Source of the DNA: Pseudomonadota bacterium | GTDB lineage: Bacteria > Pseudomonadota > Alphaproteobacteria > Rickettsiales > UBA3002 | Direction of reading: 5' to 3' | NCBI GenBank assembly: GCA_040384265.1 | Contig: JAZKJM010000003.1 | Span: 207,919 to 271,918 of the forward strand | Length of the DNA: 64,000 bases | Shown: in pieces, positions 30,288-38,225 of the stretch | How positions within the stretch are numbered: the stretch's first letter is position 1 | Layout: each line of letters opens with the position of its first letter | Made by a program: the position numbers and the translations under genes | The notes under the pieces: model-generated | Database searches by the model: none | What the model was told of the DNA's origin: nothing | Seen by the model: the letters and a program-made list of their open reading frames with translations, nothing else

Positions 30288-30315
30288 ATTTATAGACCAA
30301 GCCCAGGGTAGTCAA
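30288..30315 (-). promoter_or_regulatory. candidate sigma70-type promoter for carA operon
   Basis: The minus strand reads TTGACT (30315-30310), 16-nt spacer, ATAAAT (30293-30288); about 35 nt upstream of the carA ATG. Confidence 0.35.
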
Positions 30316-30413
30316 GTGCGAAGCGGAGGGTTTGGGCGGTTTTTTGGTGGTGGCGGCGGTGTTTTTGCGGCTTAGCCTCTGATGCGGCGTGATTATGTGG
30401 TGTAGGATGCGCC

Positions 30414-30540
30414 GTCATTGCGAGGAGCCCAGCGACGTGGCGCCCGGAGCGAAGCGGAGAGAGGCACTTGCCAATCCAGCCTTACTTTCTTCTTCGAGCA
30501 AGCTGAAGGACTGGATTGCCGCGCTGCGCTCGCAATGACG
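30414..30540. repeat. family A palindromic element with nested family F arm fragment
   Basis: Left arm GTCATTGCGAGGAGCCCAGCGACGTGGCG is interrupted by CCCGGAGCGAAGCGGAGAGAGGCACTTGCCAATCC (30443-30477, compare 55564-55597). Right arm CTGGATTGCCGCGCTGCGCTCGCAATGAC. Confidence 0.85.
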
Positions 30541-30599
30541 GTGTGGAGGGAGGGGGGCTCTTTAGATACACTACCCTATGCTCCTATGGTGCGGCTATG

Positions 30600-30636
30600 A
30601 TAGTCGCTATCTATGATAGCTATAGAAACTATAGAT
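30600..30636. promoter_or_regulatory. OxyR/LysR-type operator-like ATAG/CTAT array upstream of peroxiredoxin gene
   Basis: ATAG-N7-CTAT-N7-ATAG-N7-AGAT (30600-30636), with extra overlapping palindromes (GATAGtcgCTATC, ATAGCTAT). Matches 3 of the 4 quarter-sites of the classical OxyR motif. Confidence 0.35.
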
Positions 30637-30685
30637 TATACATATCGCTGCCCGCGAGCTAGTACTGGCGGCACGGCATAGCGGA

Positions 30686-30713
30686 TTGCATCGCAGCAAA
30701 AACGGATTATATA
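30686..30713 (+). promoter_or_regulatory. candidate sigma70-type promoter for peroxiredoxin gene
   Basis: TTGCAT (30686-30691), 16-nt spacer, TATATA (30708-30713); about 40 nt upstream of ATG 30756. Confidence 0.35.
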
Positions 30714-30755
30714 TGCCCACGACTTTTCTTGATTATCATCACACAGGAGTTTTAC

Positions 30756-31358
30756 ATGAGCGTACTCGTCGGCAAAGAAGCCCCGGATTTTACCGCACAG
30801 GCGGTGATGGGCGACAATTCCATCAAAGCGGATTTCAACCTGAAAGCGCAGACCAAAGGCAAATATGCCGTGCTGTTTTTCTGGCCGCTCGATTTCACCT
30901 TCGTTTGCCCAAGCGAAATCATCGCATTCGATAACCGCGTGGCGGAATTCAAGAAACTCGGTGCGGAAGTGATCGGGATTTCGGTGGACTCGCAATACAC
31001 CCATTATGCGTGGAAAAACACGCCGGTAGACAAAGGCGGCATCGGCAACGTGCAGTTTCCGCTGGTGGCCGATCTCACCAAGTCGATCGCCCGCAGCTAT
31101 GACGTGCTGACCGGCGACGCGGTGGCATTCCGTGGCACGTTCATCATCGACAAAAAAGGCATCGTGCGTCACCAGCTGGTGAACGATCTGCCGCTGGGCC
31201 GCAATGTGGATGAGACCATCCGCACGCTCGACGCGCTGATCTTCCACGAAGAGCATGGCGAAGTGTGCCCGGCCAACTGGAAAAAAGGCGAAAAAGGGAT
31301 GAAGGCGACTGCCGAAGGCGTTGCCAGCTACCTGAAGGATAAAGCGAAATCCATCTAG
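30756..31358 (+). CDS. typical 2-Cys peroxiredoxin (AhpC/Prx1 subfamily)
   Basis: Start at ATG 30756 (AGGAG 7 nt upstream). Peroxidatic motif DFTFVCPSEI and resolving Cys in EVCPANW. Confidence 0.9.
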   Translation: MSVLVGKEAPDFTAQAVMGDNSIKADFNLKAQTKGKYAVLFFWPLDFTFVCPSEIIAFDNRVAEFKKLGAEVIGISVDSQYTHYAWKNTPVDKGGIGNVQFPLVADLTKSIARSYDVLTGDAVAFRGTFIIDKKGIVRHQLVNDLPLGRNVDETIRTLDALIFHEEHGEVCPANWKKGEKGMKATAEGVASYLKDKAKSI

Positions 31359-31372
31359 TCGATTTGCTCCTC

Positions 31373-31471
31373 GTCATTGCGAGGAGCGCAGCGACGCGGC
31401 AATCCAGCCCTTAGGGGAATCTCGCAGCGCAGACGCGCTGCACTGGATTGCCGCGCTTCGCTCGCAATGAC
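31373..31471. repeat. family A palindromic element
   Basis: GTCATTGCGAGGAGCGCAGCGACGCGGCAATCCAG ... CTGGATTGCCGCGCTTCGCTCGCAATGAC, 15 nt after the peroxiredoxin stop. The centre is the reverse complement of the centre of the 37068..37160 copy. Confidence 0.9.
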
Positions 31472-31499
31472 ATGTATTACTTTTTAAAGGACCATTCCC

Positions 31500-32444
31500 A
31501 TGACCGAACATCGCACCCCTATTCTTATCATCGGTTCCGGCTCGGCCGGGTGTACGGCGGCGATTTATGCGGCGCGGGCGGCGTTGAAGCCGATCATGGT
31601 GCGCGGCATGCAGCCCGGTGGGCAGCTGACGATCACGACCGAGGTCGAGAATTATCCGGGCTTCGCCGAGGCGATCCAAGGCCCGTGGCTGATGGAACAA
31701 ATGGAAGCCCAAGCCGCCCATGTCGGCACGCAGATTATCGATGACCATATTGCCAGCGTTGATCTCAGCAAGCGGCCATTTGTGGCCAAGGGCGAGTCGG
31801 GCGACACGTATATCGCGGAAACGCTGGTGATTGCGACGGGCGCCTCGGCGCGCTGGCTCGGGCTTGAATCCGAGCAGAAATTCCAGAATTTTGGCGTGTC
31901 TGCCTGCGCGACCTGCGACGGATTCTTCTTCAAGAAGAAGGACGTGGTGGTGCTGGGCGGCGGCAATTCGGCGGTGGAAGAGGCGCTGTTTCTTGCCAAA
32001 CTATGCAGCAGCGTGACGCTGATTCACCGCCGCGATACGCTGCGGGCGGAGAAAATCGCGCAGGAGCGCCTGTTTGCGACGCCGAATGTGAAAGTGATCT
32101 GGGATTCGACGGTCGAGGAATTCGTCGGCGAGGACAGCCCGCCCAACCTGACCGGTGTGCGCATCAAGAACGTGAAAACGGGTGCGGAAACCATCGTGCC
32201 ATGCCACGGCGCGTTCGTGGCGATTGGCCACAACCCCAACACCAGCCTGTTCGAGGGCCAGTTGGCGATGGATAATGACCGCTACCTGCTGACCACCCCC
32301 GGCAGCACCAAAACCAATGTCGAGGGCGTTTATGCGGCAGGCGATGTGCAGGACCGGATTTTCCGCCAGGCCGTCACCGCGGCGGGTTCGGGCTGCATGG
32401 CGGCGCTGGAAGCACAGAAGTTTCTGGAGCATCACGGCGCTTAG
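31500..32444 (+). CDS. trxB: thioredoxin-disulfide reductase
   Basis: FAD motif IIGSGSAGCTAAIYAAR, redox-active CATCDG, NADPH motif VLGGGNSAVEEA. Confidence 0.95.
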   Translation: MTEHRTPILIIGSGSAGCTAAIYAARAALKPIMVRGMQPGGQLTITTEVENYPGFAEAIQGPWLMEQMEAQAAHVGTQIIDDHIASVDLSKRPFVAKGESGDTYIAETLVIATGASARWLGLESEQKFQNFGVSACATCDGFFFKKKDVVVLGGGNSAVEEALFLAKLCSSVTLIHRRDTLRAEKIAQERLFATPNVKVIWDSTVEEFVGEDSPPNLTGVRIKNVKTGAETIVPCHGAFVAIGHNPNTSLFEGQLAMDNDRYLLTTPGSTKTNVEGVYAAGDVQDRIFRQAVTAAGSGCMAALEAQKFLEHHGA

Positions 32445-32574
32445 CACTCCCGCGCTACCCGCTTGATGGGCGCCCTGTTTTCTGCTAACACTCTTGCGAA
32501 TAACGCATGACGATGGGATGAATTGGCCCCTATTCAGGCGGGTAAGTTGCATCCATAGCATGACTGGGGCGATG

Positions 32575-33462
32575 ATGGACTGGGATAAGCTGCGGGTTTT
32601 TCATGCGGTGGCGCTGGCGAAAAGCCTCACCAAAGCGGGGGAAACGCTCAATCTCAGCCAGTCGGCGGTGAGTCGTCAGATTTCGGGGCTGGAGGAACAT
32701 ATGGGCATTGCCCTGTTCCACCGCCACGCGCGCGGGCTGATGCTGACCGAGCAGGGCGAGATTTTATGCCGCACGGTCTCCGAGATGGTCATGAAACTGC
32801 AGCAAACCGAAATCAGCCTCGCCGAGGCGACGGCCAAGCCCAAGGGGCCGTTCAAACTGACCGTGCCCTCGACCTTCGGCACGCTGTGGCTGTCGGCGCA
32901 GATGAAGGAGTTCACGGAGCTCTATCCCGATATTGAGGTGACGCTGATTTGCGAAGACCGCGCGCTCGACCTGGCGACGCGGCAGGCGGATGCGGCGATT
33001 CGTTTTTACCCGGCGCGCCACCCGGACCTGGTGCAGATCCCGATCATGAGCTTGCGCAATTCGCTCTATGCCAGCAACGATTACCTGCGGCTGCACGGGG
33101 TGCCGCAGCGGGTGAGCGATTTGGCGCAGCACCGGTTGCTGGGGTTCGATACGTCGCTGGGCGACCTGCCGTTTACCGAGGTGAACTGGATGTTCGAGCT
33201 GGGCGCGAAGCTGCAGTTGCGGCCATTTTTCCGGGTGAATTCGCTGATCGCGATGCGCTCGGCGGTGAAGCAGGGGATGGGGATCGCGGCGTTGCCGGAT
33301 TATCTGGTCCACCGCACGCGCCATATCAGCCGCGTGCTGCCGGAGGTGGCTGGGCCCGTGACCGAGGCGTGGTATGTCTACCCGATGGAACTCAAAAACT
33401 CGAAGCGGATCGCAGTGTTTCGCAATTTTGTGACGCAGAAGATTGCCGAGAGTAATTTTTAA
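32575..33462 (+). CDS. LysR family transcriptional regulator
   Basis: Start at ATG 32575 (MDWDKLRVFHAVA..). HTH LSQSAVSRQISGLE plus a LysR substrate-binding domain. Confidence 0.9.
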   Translation: MDWDKLRVFHAVALAKSLTKAGETLNLSQSAVSRQISGLEEHMGIALFHRHARGLMLTEQGEILCRTVSEMVMKLQQTEISLAEATAKPKGPFKLTVPSTFGTLWLSAQMKEFTELYPDIEVTLICEDRALDLATRQADAAIRFYPARHPDLVQIPIMSLRNSLYASNDYLRLHGVPQRVSDLAQHRLLGFDTSLGDLPFTEVNWMFELGAKLQLRPFFRVNSLIAMRSAVKQGMGIAALPDYLVHRTRHISRVLPEVAGPVTEAWYVYPMELKNSKRIAVFRNFVTQKIAESNF

Positions 33463-33478
33463 GCGCGTGAGCGCGGGC

Positions 33479-33510
33479 AAAAAAAATGCCGGGCGCGGGG
33501 CCCAGCATTT
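33479..33510 (-). terminator. candidate Rho-independent terminator (minus-strand reading, downstream of phaZ and repeats)
   Basis: The minus strand reads AAATGCTGGGCCccgcGCCCGGCATTT (imperfect 11-bp stem) followed by a T8 run. Confidence 0.5.
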
Positions 33511-33636
33511 GAAGTCTAACAGGGAGGCTACTCGCGCCCACCCGAAGGTGAGTGCGGCATTGGCGCTGGTAAGCGGCACAATGCGGGCGGAACATAGGGG
33601 CAGATTTGCCATAGTCAAGGGAAAAATGGTGGCGGG

Positions 33637-33790
33637 GGCCATCTGTCTTCCTTACTCCCCCTATTCCTCTCCATCGTCATGCCAGCGCAGGCTGGCATCC
33701 ATCGCGCGGGAGCGCCAGCAATACGACGGTGGATAGTGGGAGTGGATGGAGTGGGGCACAGCTGGACCCCGTCGTTCGACGGGGTGACAG
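33637..33790 (+). repeat. composite repeat: family E 3' tail + family D
   Basis: GGCCATCTGTCTTCCTTACTCCCCCTATTCCTCTCCATC (E-tail-like), then GTCATGCCAGCGCAGGCTGGCATCCATCGC ... GGACCCCGTCGTTCGACGGGGTGACAG (compare 6117..6197). Confidence 0.8.
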
Positions 33791-33816
33791 TGGGGTAAGG
33801 CTTGGAGCAGGCAGCG

Positions 33817-35115
33817 CTAGCTATTTTTCTCCATCCAGCTGGTGATGACCGGGCGGATTTGCTCGCGCCATTTGCGGCCGTTGAAAATGCCGTAATGGCC
33901 GACACCGGCAGCCATATGGTATTTCTTTTTGCTGTCGGGCAGGGCGGTCGCGATTTCCAGCGCCGCTTTGGTCTGGCCGAGGCCGGAAATATCATCCAGC
34001 TCACCTTCGATGGCGAGGATGGCGGTTTTGGTGATCGCATCCGGCCGCACGCGGTGGTCGTAATGGTAGAACTGGCCATCCGGCAGGGAGTGTTTGTGGA
34101 ACACTTCCTCGATGGTTTGCAGGTAGAATTCGGCGGGCAGATCGGCGACCGCGAGATATTCGTTATAGAAATTGCGGTGCGCCTGGGCGGCGTCGCCATC
34201 GCCTTCCACCAGATCCTGGAACAGCTTGATATGGGAATCCTTGTGGCGCTCGAAATTCATGCTCATGAAGCCCGCCAGCTGCAGGAAGCCGGGATACACG
34301 CGGCGGGTGAAGCCGGGGTAATTGAGCGGCACGCGGGTGATGACGTTGGACTCGAACCACTCCATCGGGTGTTCTTTGCTGAACTGGTTGACCTTGGTCG
34401 GCGCTTTGCGCGTATCGACCGGGCCGCCCATCAGCGTCATGGTGCGTGGGGCGCAGGGGTCTTTGATTTCGTTCATGAGGGCGACGGCGGCCAGCAGCGG
34501 CACCGATGGCTGGCAGACCGCCATGGTGTGGGTGCCTTCGCCCAGGAAACGCAGGAACTCGACGCAATAATCGACATAGGTGTTGAGGTCGAACACGCCT
34601 TTATAGAGCGGGATGTCGCGCGCGTTTTGCCAGTCGGTGATGTACACATCGTGGTGCGGCAGCAGGGCTTCCACGGTGCCGCGCAGCAAGGTGGCGTAAT
34701 GGCCCGACATGGGGGCGACGATGAGCAGCTTGGCACCGGTTTGTTTGCCCGCGCGCTTGAAATGCAGCAGCTTGCAGAAGGGTTTATCAAGCGCGACTTC
34801 TTCCCACACATCGACATGTTTGCCGCCGATATTGGTGTAGGTGATGTTGAAATCCGGTTTCGGGTAAGATTGGGTGATGCGCTCGACCAGCTCGCCGGCG
34901 GCGGCCATCTGGCGGCCAACGCTGGTGTAGGAGAGCGGGTTCATCGGGTTGTTGAACATGCTTTTGGCGGCGCTGGCCATCATGCGCGAGGGGGCCATTG
35001 CGGCGTTTTGGAATTCCTTGAGGCTATAGAGCCCGGTATTTTCGAATAGGGTTGCCATGGTGTTGTCGCGTCCTTCTTTGTTGCGGTAGCGTTTTTTTTC
35101 GTCGGTTTTTGTCAT
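33817..35115 (-). CDS. phaZ: intracellular polyhydroxyalkanoate depolymerase
   Basis: 432 aa with the PhaZ (intracellular PHB depolymerase family) pattern: YSLKEFQNAAMAP.., LLIVAPMSGHYATLLR, VCQPSVP. GAGGA lies 6 nt upstream of ATG 35115; an alternative ATG is at 35058. Confidence 0.85.
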   Translation of the reverse strand: MTKTDEKKRYRNKEGRDNTMATLFENTGLYSLKEFQNAAMAPSRMMASAAKSMFNNPMNPLSYTSVGRQMAAAGELVERITQSYPKPDFNITYTNIGGKHVDVWEEVALDKPFCKLLHFKRAGKQTGAKLLIVAPMSGHYATLLRGTVEALLPHHDVYITDWQNARDIPLYKGVFDLNTYVDYCVEFLRFLGEGTHTMAVCQPSVPLLAAVALMNEIKDPCAPRTMTLMGGPVDTRKAPTKVNQFSKEHPMEWFESNVITRVPLNYPGFTRRVYPGFLQLAGFMSMNFERHKDSHIKLFQDLVEGDGDAAQAHRNFYNEYLAVADLPAEFYLQTIEEVFHKHSLPDGQFYHYDHRVRPDAITKTAILAIEGELDDISGLGQTKAALEIATALPDSKKKYHMAAGVGHYGIFNGRKWREQIRPVITSWMEKNS

Positions 35116-35321
35116 GCTACATCCTCAGAATAACGAAGAAGGTTGAAGATTTCGTTAAGGGGCAATCCGTGCATTTGCGCGGGCATCTAGTGCGAGTGCG
35201 GTGCAACATAGCACAAACTCTGGGGGCTGCATAGATGTAAGGCGGCCACAGGCGGGGTGGTGTTAACCAATTTTTTACCTGCCGCATGGTAGGCTACCAT
35301 AGTCTCTCTCAGGAGCTGGGC

Positions 35322-36161
35322 ATGGCAGGTGACTATGATAATGCGGGGCGGGAACTTGCCCCGCGTGCGGAAACACCGGCATGGCTGAAGCGCCTGTTTG
35401 GGCTTCCGGGCGCGACAGAGAGCAAGCCGGCGGTGACGGCTACGCCTGCGCCGGTGGCGGAGGTGGAGGTGGCAGCAAAGCTGCCGCTGACTGAAGAAAC
35501 GGCTAAAGCAGTGCTGGCGAGAGAGCCCTCATGGGACGGCCCTGCAGCGATAATGACCGCGACCCCCAGCGCACCCGCCGCACCCGCTGTGGCCACACCT
35601 GTAGTGGCGATTCCCAAAACCATTGCACCGCCTGCGGAAAAAGAATCCGCGACGCGGGCATTATCGGGCGATACGCAACGCAATTATCTCGATCTCTCGT
35701 TGGGCTCGCAGCATTTGTGCAAAAAGCAGGATGCGGGCTGCGGCTATTATCCCGAAGGGTCTTCGGTGAAGCACCCGTTTAATCAGGTTAATCCGGGCAT
35801 CGGTGTTACCCATATGCGAAAGCAGTGGGAGAATAGTACGGGCACCTCGGTTTGGGCGGGGGGATCGGTTGGGATATATCAAAACTCCGTCAACAAACCG
35901 TCCGTGTATGCGTTGGCCAATCTGGAAATAAACCAGCAGGTCACGAAGCAGGTTTCCGTGAGTGCGGGTGTGCAAGCGGGGCTGGTATCGGGCTATGCAA
36001 AAAATATCCTTCCGGCGGGGGAGCTGTATACGCGCATTGAATATGCACCGCAGGATGGCAGCGAGCCGGTGAGCCTCAAGCTTGGACTTATCCCGAAAGT
36101 GACGATGGGGAATTTTAGCCCGCCGAACACGCTTACCGCGCAGTTCAGCCGCCGGTTCTAG
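35322..36161 (+). CDS. hypothetical protein (Ala/Pro-rich N-terminal half; C-terminus ends in F)
   Basis: ATG 35322 with AGGAG 6 nt upstream. No recognisable family and no clear N-terminal signal peptide. Stop shares a CTAG tetranucleotide with the convergent gene. Confidence 0.5.
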   Translation: MAGDYDNAGRELAPRAETPAWLKRLFGLPGATESKPAVTATPAPVAEVEVAAKLPLTEETAKAVLAREPSWDGPAAIMTATPSAPAAPAVATPVVAIPKTIAPPAEKESATRALSGDTQRNYLDLSLGSQHLCKKQDAGCGYYPEGSSVKHPFNQVNPGIGVTHMRKQWENSTGTSVWAGGSVGIYQNSVNKPSVYALANLEINQQVTKQVSVSAGVQAGLVSGYAKNILPAGELYTRIEYAPQDGSEPVSLKLGLIPKVTMGNFSPPNTLTAQFSRRF

Positions 36162-36970
36162 CTTGCGGGCCAGCAGGAGGGTTTGCCGGGTTCCGGGGTG
36201 ATGTCGCTGCGCGAACCGCTGAGGGTGACGCTGGCGGGATAGCCGATCATGGAAGGGGTATCGCTGCTGGTTTGGGTGGCGATGGCGGCGAGTTCGCGTT
36301 TGTAGCAGGCGGGGCCTTTCTCGCTTCGGCAGCGGGCGCGGGCGAGGTAGTTGTTGGCGCTGGTATAGCTGGCGGCGCAATCGGGCGCGGTGGCGGTTTC
36401 TGGCAGTTTGGTTTCCTCGACGATTTGTGCCCAGCAGGCTTCGCCGCCGGTGACGACGGAGCAGGGCGCCGGGTAGGCGCGCATGTAGCGCATGGTCAGG
36501 GTGTCGCCGCTGACGGTCAGCGATTGCAGGTTGCCCTTGGTGAAATCCTGAAAGCGTTTGGTGGCGTTTTTGGCGTCATAAATGGCGAAGCCCATGCTGC
36601 CGTTGACGCCGTCATCCGCATCGAAAAAGGCGTAGGAGCCTTTGGCGCCGGTGAAATAGCCCGACCATTCGGTGGCGGGGATGACCTGCTCGTTGTTGAG
36701 GTTGCTGCGCTGGCATTCGGGCAGGCGGTCACCGACGCGGATGGGCAGGAAGGAAAGCTGGGCCGCGCCTTTTTCGTGCGCATCCACCTGTTTGACCATG
36801 AAATCGCGGTAGTAGAAGCAGTCCACTTCCTCGTTGGTGCCTGCATCGGTGGCGACGGTGAGGCGTTTGACCTGGGCGGGGGTGTCGAACACGGAGATGA
36901 CCGGCGGGACAATGGCGGCCATGGCCGGGCTTGCGGCCAGAAGCAGGAGGGTGAAAAGCGTGGAGCGCAT
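36158..36970 (-). CDS. hypothetical secreted protein, 8 cysteines
   Basis: Signal peptide MRSTLFTLLLLAASPAMA-A; 270 aa; 8 Cys in the mature part. I recognise no family. Confidence 0.6.
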   Translation of the reverse strand: MRSTLFTLLLLAASPAMAAIVPPVISVFDTPAQVKRLTVATDAGTNEEVDCFYYRDFMVKQVDAHEKGAAQLSFLPIRVGDRLPECQRSNLNNEQVIPATEWSGYFTGAKGSYAFFDADDGVNGSMGFAIYDAKNATKRFQDFTKGNLQSLTVSGDTLTMRYMRAYPAPCSVVTGGEACWAQIVEETKLPETATAPDCAASYTSANNYLARARCRSEKGPACYKRELAAIATQTSSDTPSMIGYPASVTLSGSRSDITPEPGKPSCWPAS

Positions 36971-37067
36971 GGGGGCCTCGGACAGGTTTCCTGATGGCGG
37001 GGACTATAGCTTCGTGGGAAATAAAAGCCCATGGTTTTATTGGGTGCGCCCTTGCCTTCATTAGAGC

Positions 37068-37160
37068 GTCATTGCGAGCGTAGCGCGGCAATCCAGCGCG
37101 ACGCGTCTGCGTCGCTAGTATTCCTTAGGGGCTGGATTGCTTCGCTTCGCTCGCAATGAC
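37068..37160. repeat. family A palindromic element
   Basis: GTCATTGCGAGCGTAGCGCGGCAATCCAG ... CTGGATTGCTTCGCTTCGCTCGCAATGAC, in the divergent intergenic region upstream of the VirK-like gene. Confidence 0.9.
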
Positions 37161-37215
37161 GAACAAGAGGGAGAGGTGGTTGTAAAAGCGTGAGCTTGGG
37201 GCTAAAGGGGACGGT

Positions 37216-38106
37216 ATGCAACGCACCATGACCCATTTTTCGCACGCGACACAGATTGCCCGCAGCTTCGGCCTGCGGCGGGCATTGACATTCTGGCTGG
37301 CCGCCGCCCGCGCGCCCGAGATGATGCATGGCTGGCTGACTTTCCTTGACCAGCATATGTCGGCCGCCTCGCGCGATGGGCTGGTGCTGCGGGTGCTGCG
37401 GCCGTATATGCGCCAGCATTTTACGGCTGAGACCAAGCATGCCATGCTGCGCAGCCATTACGAGGCGATGGCGCAGCATTTTGTGGAGCCTGCAGCATTT
37501 GCGGCGGTGCCGGGCGTGCTGCTCGCCACGCTGGGTGGCAAGACGGAGGGGATGTATACGCTGCATCTGGGCGGCAATACCTCCAAGGAAGGCGAGCTGG
37601 CGTTTATCATGCGCGATGGCGCGGGGCATGCGCTGGCGGCGCTGGCGGGCACGATTGGCGCGGATGAGCAGGGCCAGCCGGTACTGTGGATCGGCGGGCT
37701 GCAGGGCGCGAAGCCGCCGATTGGTCGCGATGAAATTGTGTTCGCGACGCGTGATTTATTCGGCCTGCGGCCCAAAGGCGCGGTGCTGCTGGCGGCGCAA
37801 ACCTTCTGCCGCGAGCTCGGGCTGGGCGCGCTGCGGGCGCCGGGCAATGAGGGCCATATTTCGCAGCGCGGGTTCCGCCGGTTGCGCAGCAAACGGAAGA
37901 TTTATGCCGATTACGGCCAGTTTTGGGACGAGGTGGGCGGCACAATGCTGCGCGCCGGGGAATACCTGCTGCCGATTGAACCGCTGGTGCGCGATGTGAG
38001 CGAAGTAAAACGCCACAAGCGCAGCGAGTGGAAAAAGCGACAGGTGGTGAGCGAAGCGCTGACCGCCAGTGTGGCGGCGGTGCTGACGGAGATGAAACGG
38101 GGGTAG
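37216..38106 (+). CDS. VirK/YbjX (DUF535) family protein
   Basis: 296 aa. KEGELAFIM.., LWIGGLQGAK, FGLRPKGAVLL, and IYADYGQFWDEVGG..EYLLP match the DUF535 pattern. Confidence 0.75.
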   Translation: MQRTMTHFSHATQIARSFGLRRALTFWLAAARAPEMMHGWLTFLDQHMSAASRDGLVLRVLRPYMRQHFTAETKHAMLRSHYEAMAQHFVEPAAFAAVPGVLLATLGGKTEGMYTLHLGGNTSKEGELAFIMRDGAGHALAALAGTIGADEQGQPVLWIGGLQGAKPPIGRDEIVFATRDLFGLRPKGAVLLAAQTFCRELGLGALRAPGNEGHISQRGFRRLRSKRKIYADYGQFWDEVGGTMLRAGEYLLPIEPLVRDVSEVKRHKRSEWKKRQVVSEALTASVAAVLTEMKRG

Positions 38107-38123
38107 AGTGCACTCCCTACGTT

Positions 38124-38195
38124 TGTCACCCCGGGCTTGCCCCGGGGTCCCGCCAGGTGGCTGGGCTGGATGCCGGGACAAGCCCGGCATGACAA
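38124..38195. repeat. family B two-hairpin element
   Basis: TGTCACCCCGGGCTTGCCCCGGGGTCCCGCC ... GGATGCCGGGACAAGCCCGGCATGACA; a copy of 16971..17043. Lies between the virK-like and uvrB 3' ends. Confidence 0.85.
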
Positions 38196-38225
38196 GCATT
38201 TTTATAGGGCGCGCGCAATAACGGC

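Noticed and set aside
32575-33462. The LysR regulator next to trxB as OxyR.
   Set aside because: The N-terminal HTH and effector domain do not resemble OxyR (there is no OxyR-like redox cysteine pair context). It looks like the generic trxB-adjacent LysR type seen in alphaproteobacteria.
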